Origin: an uncultured Candidatus Saccharibacteria bacterium
GTDB taxonomy: Bacteria; Patescibacteriota; Minisyncoccia; Minisyncoccales; GWA2-38-27
Direction of reading: 5' to 3'
Assembly (NCBI GenBank): GCA_964493085.1
Contig: CAZBLV010000013.1
Span: 2,033 to 66,032, forward strand
Length of the DNA: 64,000 nucleotides
The notes beneath the pieces were generated by a model. It ran no database searches, had not been told where the DNA came from, and worked only from the letters and a program-made list of their open reading frames with translations. This document shows positions 9,205 to 18,886 of the stretch, one piece after another. Position numbers and translations under genes: made by a program. Every line of letters starts with the position of its first letter. The stretch's first letter is position 1.

Positions 9205-10518
9205 ATGGCTGAAAAATTCGTAATAAAAGGAGGCAAGCAGCTTAAGGGAGAAATAGAGGTAAAAGGAGCGAAGAACTCGGCTCTTCCCATTCTTGCCGCT
9301 ACCATATTGACTGATGATCCTTGCGTGATTGGCAATTTGCCCTTGATCCAAGACGTTTTTAGAATGCTGGAAGCCATAGAGAGTTTGGGCGCCAGCATTA
9401 CCTGGCTTGGAGAAAGAAAGGTGAAGATTGATGCCAGGGGAGTTGAGGCTGACAACATTCCCTTTGAAGCAATAGCTAGATTTCGCGGCTCTGTTCTTCT
9501 TCTTGGATCTCTTTTGGCTCGCTTTAACAAAGTAGAAATCCCGCCTCCTGGGGGATGTCTTATCGGTGCCCGCCCTCTAGATACTCATTTGGACGCTTTT
9601 TCCCAACTAGGGGTTGGATCTGAAGCGAAAGAAGGAATTTTTTCTTTTAAAAAGGCAGAATTGCCTGAAGATTCTTTTGAAACCCTGGAGTTTTTCAAAA
9701 GGAAGCAGAAAGAAAAAAACTTAAAAGAGGTAGTTCTTAAAGAATTTAGCGTCACCGCTACAGAAAATGTTCTTTTGTATTCTTCTTTAGGGAAAAAAAA
9801 GATTTTGCTGAAAATTACAGATCAGGACTACCAGGTTCAGGAGCTAATAGAAGTTTTGCGGCAAATGGGGGCAGAGATCGAGATTAAAAAGTGCCACGTT
9901 ATTGAAATACAGGGCAATGAAAAGTTAAAAGGGTTTAATTATACAATCAAGCCCGATCCTATTGAAACAGGTACTTTGATGGTCGCGGCTTTAGCCACCA
10001 AGGGCGAGGTGGTTATAAAGAATGCCGCTCTTTCTTTTTTAGACCTTTTCCTTAAAAGACTTTATGATTCCGGAGCCCGGTTTAAAATTACCAAAGAAGA
10101 CGAATTAAAGGTTTTCCCCTCCAGAGGCCTTAGAATAGATAAAATACAAAGCTTGCCTTATCCCGGCATACACAGTGATTTGCAGCCTGAACTCGGAGTT
10201 TTGGCTACTCAGAGCAAGGGATCTACGCTAATCCACGATCCTTTGTACGAAGGGAGATTGAAATATTTGGAAGAATTGAATAAAATGGGGGCTGATATTA
10301 TTTTCTGCGATCCTCATAGAGCCATAATCAGCGGGCCCACTCCTTTGAGAGGAGTAGAGATACCCAGCCTTGATCTTAGGGCTGGCGCCGCTCTGATTAT
10401 TGCCGGACTGATTGCAGAAGGAGAAACCATAATAAATAATATTTATCAAATTAGTCGCGGATACGAAGAGATAGCAGAACGCCTTCGGTCTTTGGGGGCA
10501 GATATTAAAGAGATATAG
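9205..10518 (+). CDS. murA: UDP-N-acetylglucosamine 1-carboxyvinyltransferase
   Basis: MAEKFVIKGGKQLKGEIEVKGAKNSALPILAA; active-site loop PPGGCLIGARPLDTH; C-terminal YQISRGYEEIAERLRSLGADI. Confidence 0.9.
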   Translation: MAEKFVIKGGKQLKGEIEVKGAKNSALPILAATILTDDPCVIGNLPLIQDVFRMLEAIESLGASITWLGERKVKIDARGVEADNIPFEAIARFRGSVLLLGSLLARFNKVEIPPPGGCLIGARPLDTHLDAFSQLGVGSEAKEGIFSFKKAELPEDSFETLEFFKRKQKEKNLKEVVLKEFSVTATENVLLYSSLGKKKILLKITDQDYQVQELIEVLRQMGAEIEIKKCHVIEIQGNEKLKGFNYTIKPDPIETGTLMVAALATKGEVVIKNAALSFLDLFLKRLYDSGARFKITKEDELKVFPSRGLRIDKIQSLPYPGIHSDLQPELGVLATQSKGSTLIHDPLYEGRLKYLEELNKMGADIIFCDPHRAIISGPTPLRGVEIPSLDLRAGAALIIAGLIAEGETIINNIYQISRGYEEIAERLRSLGADIKEI

Positions 10519-10521
10519 GAT

Positions 10522-11529
10522 ATGTTTGTTAAAAAAATCGGCATTGATTTGGGCACGTGCAACTCCATTGTTTTTGTTGCCAACAAAGGGGTGGTGCTTG
10601 ACGAGCCTTCTGTAGTAGCGGTTTCTTTTGAAGAGAATAGGATTTTGGCAGTGGGCCGGGAAGCAAAAGAAATGACAGGAAGGACTCCGGACACCATTAA
10701 GGTTTACAGGCCCCTAAAAGATGGAGTAATAGCAGACTACAGGATTACAGAAGCGATGTTGCGCTATTTTATTAAGAAATCGTGCGGCAAGCTAAGGATT
10801 TTTAAGCCGGAGCTGTTGGTGGGGATTCCTGCCGGCATTACTTCAACAGAAAGAAGAGCTGTTATTGAAGCTGGCACGGCAGCCGGAGCAAAGGCAGTTT
10901 ATGTTGCCAAAGAGCCTGTTTTAGCCGCTATCGGGGCGGGCATTCCTATTAATTCCTGTTCAGGGCATATGATAGTTGATATCGGAGGAGGGACTACGGA
11001 AATTGCCGTAATCTCCTTGGGAGGGATTGTTACTTGGAGCTCCCTAAGGGTGGCAGGAGATAAAATGGATTATGCCATTTCAGATTATATAAAAGAAAAG
11101 CATAACCTGGCTGTCGGAGAACAAACGGCAGAAGAACTAAAAATTAAAATTGGCACTGCTATTCCTGAAAAAAAGCCGGAAGAGATGGAAATAAGAGGAA
11201 GGGATTTGGCTTCCGGCTTGCCTAAGAATATAAAAATATCTTCTAACGAGATTTGTGCGGCAATAAAGGAAAGGCTGTCGGAAATCGTGCAAGTGGTAAA
11301 AAAGGTATTAAGGGAAACTCCTCCGGAGCTGTCAGCGGATATTATGGACAAAGGAATGATTCTTTCCGGAGGCGGAGGCCTGCTTAATAATCTTGATCGG
11401 TTAATTACCCAGAATACCGGAGTGCCCTGTTTCGTCGCAGAAGATCCTTTATTGTGCGTAGCCAAGGGCACAGGAGCTGTCCTTGATAATCTGGAAGCCT
11501 ACAAAAGAAGCATAATGACAAAAAAATAA
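10522..11529 (+). CDS. mreB: rod-shape protein MreB (paralog 1)
   Basis: IGIDLGTCNSIVF, DGVIADY, IVDIGGGTTEIAVISLGGIV, LSGGGGLLNNLDRLI. Confidence 0.9.
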   Translation: MFVKKIGIDLGTCNSIVFVANKGVVLDEPSVVAVSFEENRILAVGREAKEMTGRTPDTIKVYRPLKDGVIADYRITEAMLRYFIKKSCGKLRIFKPELLVGIPAGITSTERRAVIEAGTAAGAKAVYVAKEPVLAAIGAGIPINSCSGHMIVDIGGGTTEIAVISLGGIVTWSSLRVAGDKMDYAISDYIKEKHNLAVGEQTAEELKIKIGTAIPEKKPEEMEIRGRDLASGLPKNIKISSNEICAAIKERLSEIVQVVKKVLRETPPELSADIMDKGMILSGGGGLLNNLDRLITQNTGVPCFVAEDPLLCVAKGTGAVLDNLEAYKRSIMTKK

Positions 11530-11533
11530 TATT

Positions 11534-12463
11534 GTGTTTATAGGCCACCAAAAACAATGGCGTCTTTTGAGAAACAGTTTCGAAAAAGAAAAGCTTCCTC
11601 ATGCTCTTTTATTCTGCGGCCAGGAAAAAATAGGGAAGAAAAAAGTGGCAATAGAACTGGCCAAATTCATTAATTGTTTAGAAAAAGAAAAGCCATGTGG
11701 CAGCTGCCGAAATTGTCTGGACATAGAAAGAGGCCTTTTCCCGGATTTTGTTTTAATTAGGCCCTCAAAAAAGCAGGCCAAAATCCAGATAGCCGAAGTT
11801 AGAAATACTATTAAAAAATTGTCTCTTAAGCCATATTCGTCTCCGCTTAGAATTGCCGTAATCGACCAAGCCCACCTAATGACTGCAGACGCTCAGGGAT
11901 GTTTTCTTAAATTCTTGGAAGAGCCCAAGGGAGACTCCCTGATAATTTTAATTACTGAATATCCAGAAATCCTTCTTCCTACCATCAGGTCCCGAATTCA
12001 AAAGATAAGATTTCATCCGCTTCCGGCTTCAGAGATAAAAGAGCGCCTTCAAAAAGAGGGGGCAGGAGAAAAGGAGGCAGAAACCCTTTCCCTGGTTTGC
12101 GGAGGCAAGACCGGGGTAGCCCTTGATCTTTTAGAAAGGCCGGATATTTTAGAAAAAAGAAAGAGTTTTATCAAAGACCTCGTCTCTTTAAACGGAGCGG
12201 ATATGGCAGTAAAATTCAACTATGCAAAAAACCTTTTTAAGAATTCTGAAAGCGGACTGCAAGAAATTCTTGACGCCTGGCTCAGCTATTTAAGAAGATC
12301 TCTGCTGGCCCAGATCTTTGGGGAGCAAAAAAGAAGCCCCTTGAAATATTCATTAGCAGAATTAAAAGAAATAATCTTATTAACCCAAAAAACGAGATTG
12401 CTGATTTCGACCACAAACGTTAGTCCGAGATTGGCTTTTGAGGTTTTGTTATTACAGATTTAA
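11534..12463 (+). CDS. holB: DNA polymerase III delta' subunit
   Basis: GTG start. Motifs: LPHALLFCGQEKIGKKKVAIELAKFINC, zinc module CGSCRNC, and SRIQKIRFHPL. Confidence 0.8.
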   Translation: MFIGHQKQWRLLRNSFEKEKLPHALLFCGQEKIGKKKVAIELAKFINCLEKEKPCGSCRNCLDIERGLFPDFVLIRPSKKQAKIQIAEVRNTIKKLSLKPYSSPLRIAVIDQAHLMTADAQGCFLKFLEEPKGDSLIILITEYPEILLPTIRSRIQKIRFHPLPASEIKERLQKEGAGEKEAETLSLVCGGKTGVALDLLERPDILEKRKSFIKDLVSLNGADMAVKFNYAKNLFKNSESGLQEILDAWLSYLRRSLLAQIFGEQKRSPLKYSLAELKEIILLTQKTRLLISTTNVSPRLAFEVLLLQI

Positions 12464-12465
12464 TT

Positions 12466-13020
12466 ATGTATAAAGAAATAATAGAAAAAATTAAACCGGA
12501 GCTGGAGAAAACAATAGAATATCTTAAGAGAGAAACAAGAAAACTAAGAACAGGGCGCGCTTCACCTTCTCTTGTCGAAGACATTGATGTAGACTGTTTC
12601 GGAAACAAAATGTCTTTGAAGCAGCTAGCCGCCATATCTGTTTCAGGCCCTAGACAGATAACAATACAGCCCTGGGACGACTCCTATATTCAGTCGATTG
12701 AAGAAGCCATTTTAAAATCTGATCTCGGATCTTCTCCGATAGTAGACAAGAACATTATTCGGATTTCTTTGCCGGAACTGACCGAAGATTACAGGAAAGA
12801 GCTTATTAGGCTGTTGTCTGAAAAGAAAGAAGAAACCCGCCAGACCATTAGAAGATGGAGGGAGGAAGCATGGAAAGAGATTCAGGAAAAAACAGAAGCA
12901 GGAGAAATAAGGGAAGACGATAAATTTAAAGCAAAAGAAGACCTTCAAAAGTTAGTGGACTCTTATAACCGAAAAGCGGAAGAAACGGTGGAGAAAAAAG
13001 AAAAAGAAATATCAAATTAA
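12466..13020 (+). CDS. frr: ribosome recycling factor
   Basis: LRTGRASPSLVEDIDVDCFGNKMSLKQLAAISV...ISLPELTEDYRKELIR. Confidence 0.9.
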   Translation: MYKEIIEKIKPELEKTIEYLKRETRKLRTGRASPSLVEDIDVDCFGNKMSLKQLAAISVSGPRQITIQPWDDSYIQSIEEAILKSDLGSSPIVDKNIIRISLPELTEDYRKELIRLLSEKKEETRQTIRRWREEAWKEIQEKTEAGEIREDDKFKAKEDLQKLVDSYNRKAEETVEKKEKEISN

Positions 13021-13023
13021 AAA

Positions 13024-14109
13024 ATGGCAACCATCATAATTACAATTATTTCTCTTGTCCTTTTGCTGATTTTCCACGAAACAGGGCACTTTCTTTTAGC
13101 CAAGCTTTTTGGCGTAAGGGTGCCGGAGTTTGGATTGGGCTATCCTCCCCGGCTTTGGGGGAAGAAAATTAAGGGGACTCTGTATTCTTTAAACCTTATT
13201 CCTTTTGGCGCTTTTGTTAAAATATACGGCCAGGAGAAGAGAATCGACAGTCCTGACAGTTTTTCTGTAAAACCCTTTTGGCAGAAAGCCCTTATTATCC
13301 TAGGAGGGGTTATAAGTTTTTGGATAGTGGCTGCTATATTGTTGTCCGTTGTAATGTATATGGGCGTTCCGACAGTTATAGGGGACACGGCTGACAAAGA
13401 GCTTCTGAAAAATCCTAAAGTCCAAATAGTGAGCGTTGCCCCTAATTCTCCTGCAGACAGCGCAGGACTGGAAATCGGCGATGCGATTAAGGGAGTTTTT
13501 GTTTCAGGCGCTTTCTACGAGGTGGATAAAGTCGGGCAGGTGCAAGAAATAATTGAAAACAACAAGGGGAAAGAGATCTCCTTAAAAATTTCAAGAGCCG
13601 GGGAAGAAACAACCTTTTCTTTAACCCCCAGGACTTCTCCTCCCGAAGAGGAAGGCGCTATTGGAGTGGCTCTTCTTAGAACCGCCCTAAAGTCTTATCC
13701 TTGGTACCTGGCCCCCGTTGAGGGAGCAAAGGCCACGGTGGGACTGACCGCATCCATAATAAAGTCTTGGGGCGCGACTTTTTCCAGCTTGTTCGGCGGA
13801 GACGGTCTTCCTGCCGGCGTAGAGGTCAGGGGAATGGTCGGCATTTTTGAATTGTTCGTTCAGGCCGGCGCTCTCGGAGCAAGCTATTTTTTGCAATTAG
13901 TTGCTATAATTGCCGTTCATCTGGCTCTAATTAATGCTCTTCCGATTCCTGCCTTGGACGGAGGATGGCTTGTCTTTCTCGCAGCAGAAAAAATAGCAAG
14001 GAGGCCCTTAAACCAAAAAATAGTTCAGGCAATAAGCAGCATCTTCTTTATTCTATTAATAATTTTAATGGTTTGGATTACCGTCAAAGACGTTGCCAGG
14101 CTTTTTTAA
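13024..14109 (+). CDS. rseP: site-2 (M50) intramembrane metalloprotease with PDZ domain
   Basis: HETGHF (HExxH) in TM1, a PDZ-like SPADSAGLEIGD, and NALPIPALDGG (NxxPxxxLDG). Confidence 0.85.
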   Translation: MATIIITIISLVLLLIFHETGHFLLAKLFGVRVPEFGLGYPPRLWGKKIKGTLYSLNLIPFGAFVKIYGQEKRIDSPDSFSVKPFWQKALIILGGVISFWIVAAILLSVVMYMGVPTVIGDTADKELLKNPKVQIVSVAPNSPADSAGLEIGDAIKGVFVSGAFYEVDKVGQVQEIIENNKGKEISLKISRAGEETTFSLTPRTSPPEEEGAIGVALLRTALKSYPWYLAPVEGAKATVGLTASIIKSWGATFSSLFGGDGLPAGVEVRGMVGIFELFVQAGALGASYFLQLVAIIAVHLALINALPIPALDGGWLVFLAAEKIARRPLNQKIVQAISSIFFILLIILMVWITVKDVARLF

Positions 14110-14112
14110 CAG

Positions 14113-15360
14113 ATGAGACAATCAAAACTTTTTTTTAAAACTGCAAAAAATCCGCCCAAGGAAGCCAAAGTTTCTTCCCACAAGCTTCTTCTAAGGGGAG
14201 ACTTTATTTCCCAGCTTTCTTCCGGTGTTTATAGCTTTCTGCCCCTGGGCCTGAGAGTTCATCGAAAAGTAGAGAATATAATCAGGGAGGAGATAGAGAA
14301 AATAGGCTCTCAGGAAATTTTTCTTCCTGCGCTTCAGCCCAAAGAGCTTTGGCTAAAAAGCGGAAGATGGGACAGCATGGATCCTCCGCTGTTCAAATTA
14401 AAAGACAGGCATAAGAAAGAGTTTGCGCTGGGCTCTACCCACGAAGAAGTGGTTACTGATTTAGCTAAAAACAGAATTCAGTCCTACAAGGACCTTCCTT
14501 TTGCCCTTTATCAGATTCAAACAAAGTTCCGTAATGAAATGCGCTTTACCGGAGGCATTCTTAGGGCTAGGGAGTTTATGATGAAAGATTTGTATAGCTT
14601 TCATAAAGATTTTCAGGGGTTGGAAGATTTTTTTCAGAAAGTTCTTTCTGCCTATGATAATATCTTCAAAAGATGTCTTACGCCGGCCCTTAGAAGCGAA
14701 GCTTCCGGGGGAGTCTTTACCAAAGAAAAAAATTATGAATTTCAAGTTATTTCTAAGGCCGGGGAAGACAAAATCATTTACTGTCCCAAATGCAGCTGGG
14801 CTGCTAATCTGGAAGTGGCAGAAATAAAAAAAGGGGGAAACTGTCCCCGTTGCGGAGGCAAGACAAAAGAAGCAGAGTCTATTGAAGTGGCCCACGCCTT
14901 TAAACTGGGAGACAGATATTCCAAATCGCTTGACCTTAATTTTATAGACAAAAACGCAGAGAAAAAACCTGTTTTAATGGGATGTTACGGAATAGGAGTG
15001 GGGAGGCTGATGGCCACTATTGTCGAAAGCAATCATGACAAAGAGGGCATTGTCTGGCCCAAAGAGACCGCTCCTTTTGATGTCCACCTAGTTCAGCTTG
15101 GCAAAGACAGTTCAGCAAAAGAGAAGGCGGAAAAACTTTACAGAGATTTACAGGCGAGAAGAATAGAAGTATTATATGACGATAGGGAAGAAAAGGGGTC
15201 CGGGGAAAAATTAGTGGAGTCAGATCTTATCGGCATTCCATTAAGAATAGTGGCCAGCGAAAGAAGCGTTAAAAAAGGATCCTTTGAGGTTGCGGAGCGA
15301 GCAGGAAAAACAAGGTTGATTAAATTTAACAAAGTTTTAGATGTTATAAAATCGTGTTAG
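14113..15360 (+). CDS. proS: prolyl-tRNA synthetase, short form without INS editing domain
   Basis: Class II motif 2 is FRNEMRFTGGILRAREFMMKDLYSF and motif 3 is GCYGIGVGRLMATIVE. The space between them (~110 aa) holds CPKC...CPRC instead of the ~180-aa INS domain. An anticodon-binding C-terminus is present. Confidence 0.85.
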   Translation: MRQSKLFFKTAKNPPKEAKVSSHKLLLRGDFISQLSSGVYSFLPLGLRVHRKVENIIREEIEKIGSQEIFLPALQPKELWLKSGRWDSMDPPLFKLKDRHKKEFALGSTHEEVVTDLAKNRIQSYKDLPFALYQIQTKFRNEMRFTGGILRAREFMMKDLYSFHKDFQGLEDFFQKVLSAYDNIFKRCLTPALRSEASGGVFTKEKNYEFQVISKAGEDKIIYCPKCSWAANLEVAEIKKGGNCPRCGGKTKEAESIEVAHAFKLGDRYSKSLDLNFIDKNAEKKPVLMGCYGIGVGRLMATIVESNHDKEGIVWPKETAPFDVHLVQLGKDSSAKEKAEKLYRDLQARRIEVLYDDREEKGSGEKLVESDLIGIPLRIVASERSVKKGSFEVAERAGKTRLIKFNKVLDVIKSC

Positions 15361-16406
15361 ATAAATTTTTATCGCGTCTTTCTTACGACATAGGCATTGA
15401 TTTGGGAACGGCTACTTCATTAGTCTATATTAAGGGAAGAGGAATTGTTATCAACGAGCCTTCGGTTGTTGCCATTAACCAGAAAACAGGCCAAGTTTTA
15501 GCTATCGGAGAAGAAGCGAGAAGAATGGTTGGAAGAACCCCCGCCTTTATTACAGCCACAAGGCCCTTGGTAGACGGGGTAGTCTCTGATTTTGAGGTAA
15601 CCGAGCAAATGCTTAAATATTTCATAGACAAGATCCATAAACGGAAATTTGTATTCGGTCCAAGGCCCCGGGTAATAGTAGGCATTCCTTACGGAGTTAC
15701 CGAAGTGGAGAAAAAAGCAGTTTGCGACGCAACTAAAAACGCAGGAGCCAGAGAAGTCTTTCTAGTGGAAGAGCCCATGGCAGCAGCCATAGGCGCTAGG
15801 ATGCCGGTACAGGAAGCCAGCGGCAATTTTATTGTGGATATCGGAGGGGGAACTACGGAAGTTGCAGTAATCTCTCTTGGCGGCATTGTTATCGCAAAGA
15901 GCTTGAGAGTAGCCGGAGACCGTCTTAATGAAGATATTGTCAGTTTTGCCCAAGAGGAATACAAGCTTCTTATCGGTCTCAGGGTTGCAGAGAATATTAA
16001 AATAGGAATAGGGTCGGTCTATCCCCAAAAAGAGAAAAAAGAGCTTCCTATGAGAGGAAGAAATTTGGTTACCGGCCTGCCCGAGGAAGTTTGGATTTCG
16101 AGTACGGACGTTAGAAAAGCTCTTGAAAAATCAATAAAGCAAATTGTCTCTGCCATAAAAGACACCGTTGAGGAAACCCCGCCTGAGCTGTTAGCTGATA
16201 TTATGTCCAGGGGCATTTATTTGGCAGGAGGAGGGAGTCTGCTAAGAGGACTGGACACCCTTATTCAAGAGGAGACAAAAATGCCTGTTAAGCTTATAGA
16301 AGATCCCATGACAGCAGTAGTCAGGGGAGCCGGAATGGTCTTGGAAAATCTTAATACTTTAAAAGATGTTTTAGCAGAAACAGAGCAACTGGAGCCTCCT
16401 CGTTAA
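15354..16406 (+). CDS. mreB: MreB-like protein (paralog 2)
   Basis: GTG start overlapping the proS stop. Motifs: IGIDLGTATSLVY, DGVVSDF, IVDIGGGTTEVAVISLGGIV, LAGGGSLLRGLDTLI. Confidence 0.85.
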   Translation: MLDKFLSRLSYDIGIDLGTATSLVYIKGRGIVINEPSVVAINQKTGQVLAIGEEARRMVGRTPAFITATRPLVDGVVSDFEVTEQMLKYFIDKIHKRKFVFGPRPRVIVGIPYGVTEVEKKAVCDATKNAGAREVFLVEEPMAAAIGARMPVQEASGNFIVDIGGGTTEVAVISLGGIVIAKSLRVAGDRLNEDIVSFAQEEYKLLIGLRVAENIKIGIGSVYPQKEKKELPMRGRNLVTGLPEEVWISSTDVRKALEKSIKQIVSAIKDTVEETPPELLADIMSRGIYLAGGGSLLRGLDTLIQEETKMPVKLIEDPMTAVVRGAGMVLENLNTLKDVLAETEQLEPPR

Positions 16407-16408
16407 TC

Positions 16409-16723
16409 ATGGTTAACAAAAAAGACGTCTACCATATAGCAAAACTTGCCAGACTAAGAATAGAAGAAAAAGAGGCAGAAAACTATAAAAAAGAGTTTAC
16501 CTCTATCTTAGGCTACTTTGAATTGATGAAAGAGCTGGATGTTTCCAGAGTAGAGCCTACTTTCCATCCAGCAGAGATTTTCTTTGGAGAAAAAATGGGA
16601 ACAATGAGAGAAGACAAGAGTATTGCAGAACAGGAAGAGGCTAAGGATTTAATCAGGGGGGCTTTTCCCGGCAAAAAAGGAAAGCATGTAAAAGTTAAGA
16701 CAGTTTTTGATAATGAAAGTTGA
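16409..16723 (+). CDS. gatC: Asp/Glu-tRNA amidotransferase subunit C
   Basis: VYHIAKLARLRIEEKEAENYKKEFTSILGYFELMKELDV; sits directly upstream of gatA. Confidence 0.85.
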   Translation: MVNKKDVYHIAKLARLRIEEKEAENYKKEFTSILGYFELMKELDVSRVEPTFHPAEIFFGEKMGTMREDKSIAEQEEAKDLIRGAFPGKKGKHVKVKTVFDNES

Positions 16724-18128
16724 AGAATTAACTATAAAAAAAATAAACCAGGGACTGAAAAACAAAGAATTTTCTGCTGTTGATTTAACCAAAGAGTATT
16801 TTTCCAAAATCAAAGAAAAAGACAAGGAAATATCTTCCTTCATAGTTCTTACTGAAAGATTAGCCGAAGAGCAGGCTCTTAAAGTAGACGAAAAGATATC
16901 CTTAGGAAAAGAAATTTCTGTTTTGGCGGGCGTGCCAATGGCTGTAAAAGACAATATTTTAATTAAAGGATCCAAAACAACTTGTGCTTCCAGAATGCTT
17001 GAAAATTACAACCCCCCCTATGAGGCAACCTGTATTAAAAAATTAAGAGAGGAGGGAGCTGTTTTTTTGGGGAAAACAAATTTAGACGAGTTTGCAATGG
17101 GGGCCTCTACTGAAAATTCCGCCTTTTTCCCGACAAAAAACCCTCATGACCCAGAAAGAGTCCCTGGCGGAAGTTCCGGAGGGTCGGCGGCTGCGGTAGC
17201 GGCTGGATTCTGCCCTTTTGCTTTGGGCTCTGATACCGGCGGCTCCATCAGGCAGCCTGCCTCTTTTTGCGGCGTAGTGGGACTGAAGCCTACTTATGGC
17301 GCGGTTTCCAGATACGGACTGGTCGCCTACGGGTCTTCTCTTGACCAAATAGGGCCTCTTGCCAAAAATGCGGAAGACGCTGAAATAGTTTTTGAAAGAA
17401 TTTCAGGGAAAGACGACCATGACTCTACTAGCTTAGCTAGAAAGCCGTCTTCGTCCGTTCCCAAAAAGATTGATAAGATGGTTATCGGGGTGCCCAAAGA
17501 ATACTTCCAAGAGGGCCTTGATTCCGGGGCAAGAGAGGTAATAATGCGGAAGATTAAAGAATTCGAAGATTTGGGGGCTAAAATAGAAGAGATTAGCCTG
17601 CCTCATACAAAATATGCGGTTTCTGCCTATTATTTAATTGTTAATTCCGAAGCTTCTACTAATTTAGCCAGATACGACGGCATAAAATACGGACTTTTCG
17701 AAGAGGGAGATAATCTGAAAGAAGTATATTCAAAAACAAGGGGACAGGGCTTTGGGAGCGAAGTCAAGAGAAGAATTATGCTGGGAACCTACGCTCTTTC
17801 TGCAGGATATTATCAAGCATATTATTTAAAAGCCCAAAAAACAAGAACCCTTATTGCTCAAGATTTCTATAAAGCTTTTGAAAAAGTAGATGTTATAATG
17901 GCTCCGGTAGCGCCAACGCCTCCTTTTAAGCTTGGAGAAAAAATTACGGATCCTCTGGCGATGTATCTTTGTGACGTTTATACGGCACCCGTAAGCTTAG
18001 CGGGTCTGCCTTCCCTTTCTTTGCCGGCCGGCTTTTTGGGGAAGTTGCCCATAGGCTTGCAAATCATCGGGAAGCCCTTTGGAGAAAAAACAATTTTTAA
18101 TATCGCCAAACAGGCTGAAAGGCAATAA
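16713..18128 (+). CDS. gatA: Asp/Glu-tRNA amidotransferase subunit A
   Basis: Amidase signature [39 protein letters not shown] at 16713; the tracked TTG at 16707 is also possible. Confidence 0.9.
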   Translation: MKVEELTIKKINQGLKNKEFSAVDLTKEYFSKIKEKDKEISSFIVLTERLAEEQALKVDEKISLGKEISVLAGVPMAVKDNILIKGSKTTCASRMLENYNPPYEATCIKKLREEGAVFLGKTNLDEFAMGASTENSAFFPTKNPHDPERVPGGSSGGSAAAVAAGFCPFALGSDTGGSIRQPASFCGVVGLKPTYGAVSRYGLVAYGSSLDQIGPLAKNAEDAEIVFERISGKDDHDSTSLARKPSSSVPKKIDKMVIGVPKEYFQEGLDSGAREVIMRKIKEFEDLGAKIEEISLPHTKYAVSAYYLIVNSEASTNLARYDGIKYGLFEEGDNLKEVYSKTRGQGFGSEVKRRIMLGTYALSAGYYQAYYLKAQKTRTLIAQDFYKAFEKVDVIMAPVAPTPPFKLGEKITDPLAMYLCDVYTAPVSLAGLPSLSLPAGFLGKLPIGLQIIGKPFGEKTIFNIAKQAERQ

Positions 18129-18682
18129 TGAACTTTATTAACAAAATTATATCTCTTTTTTCCAGGTTATTTTCTGAAGAAACATACTATTTCATAATAG
18201 ATCCGGAATTTGAGGGATGGCTGCTTATTGCCAGAAACGCCTTTCTTTTTGTCTCCGGGATTCTTTTACTGCTTTTGGTAATTCTTTTAGTTGTGTCGGG
18301 CTGGATAAGAAATCGCTATACAGAAGACCTGTACGAAGCCACTTCTTACAAGCCCTTCGGCGTCAAGCAGTCTGCTAAAGAGTGGAAAAGAATATCCGCA
18401 AGAATTAAAAGCGGGGAAGAATCGGATCACAAGCTGGCCTTGATTGAAGCGGATGATCTGTTGGAAGAAAGATTAAGGGCTATGGGATATAAGGGAGGCA
18501 AAATGCAAGATCTTTTGAGTCAAGTTCCGGGAACTATTCTTCCCAATGTCGAGGAGGTAATCCGAGTGCATCAATTGCGCAATAACATTGTTCACGATCC
18601 CGACTATAAGCTGGATCCGGAAGAAGCCAGCGAGGCAATAAGCATTTTTGAGAGGGCTCTCCAAGAACTGGGAGCAGTTTAA
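18128..18682 (+). CDS. hypothetical membrane protein
   Basis: One TM helix (FLFVSGILLLLLVILLVVSGW) followed by a helical soluble domain. No motif recognised. Confidence 0.55.
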   Translation: MNFINKIISLFSRLFSEETYYFIIDPEFEGWLLIARNAFLFVSGILLLLLVILLVVSGWIRNRYTEDLYEATSYKPFGVKQSAKEWKRISARIKSGEESDHKLALIEADDLLEERLRAMGYKGGKMQDLLSQVPGTILPNVEEVIRVHQLRNNIVHDPDYKLDPEEASEAISIFERALQELGAV

Positions 18683-18685
18683 TTG

Positions 18686-18714
18686 TTGATTTTATTTTTA
18701 TTTTGGTATATAAT
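18686..18714 (+). promoter_or_regulatory. sigma70-like promoter for the three-tRNA cluster
   Basis: TTGATT (18686-18691), 17-nt spacer, TATAAT (18709-18714), located 13 nt upstream of the first tRNA. Confidence 0.5.
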
Positions 18715-18726
18715 GCCAAATAATAT

Positions 18727-18797
18727 CGCGGGGTGGAGAAGTAGTATCTCACGAGGCCCATAACCTCGGGACGCGGGTGCAATTCCCGCCCCCGCAA
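18727..18797 (+). tRNA. initiator tRNA-fMet (anticodon CAU)
   Basis: Hand-folded cloverleaf. The acceptor CGCGGGG/CCCCGCA carries the bacterial initiator C1:A72 mismatch. Anticodon arm is CGAGG-CCCAUAA-CCUCG. No CCA is encoded. Confidence 0.8.
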
Positions 18798-18808
18798 CAA
18801 TTTTAATA

Positions 18809-18880
18809 GCCGGTGTAGCTCAGTGGCAGAGCGGAGGACTCATAAGCCTTAGGTCGCAGGTTCAAATCCTGCCACCGGCA
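18809..18880 (+). tRNA. tRNA with CAU anticodon (elongator Met or Ile2/lysidine type)
   Basis: Acceptor GCCGGTG/CACCGGC, D arm GCTC-AGTGGCA-GAGC, anticodon loop CTCATAA, T arm GCAGG-TTCAAAT-CCTGC. G27:U43 and an A31-G39 mismatch were noted. No CCA is encoded. Confidence 0.75.
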
Positions 18881-18886
18881 TATTTT

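Noticed and set aside
18534-18800. An 88-aa minus-strand ORF across the initiator tRNA. Similar ORFs are 42263-42667 across tRNA-Trp, and 54558-54767 and 54624-54872 across tRNA-Val.
   Set aside because: They overlap well-folded tRNA genes and have no coding signals. The stretch 54708-54870 is treated instead as a possible non-coding trailer.
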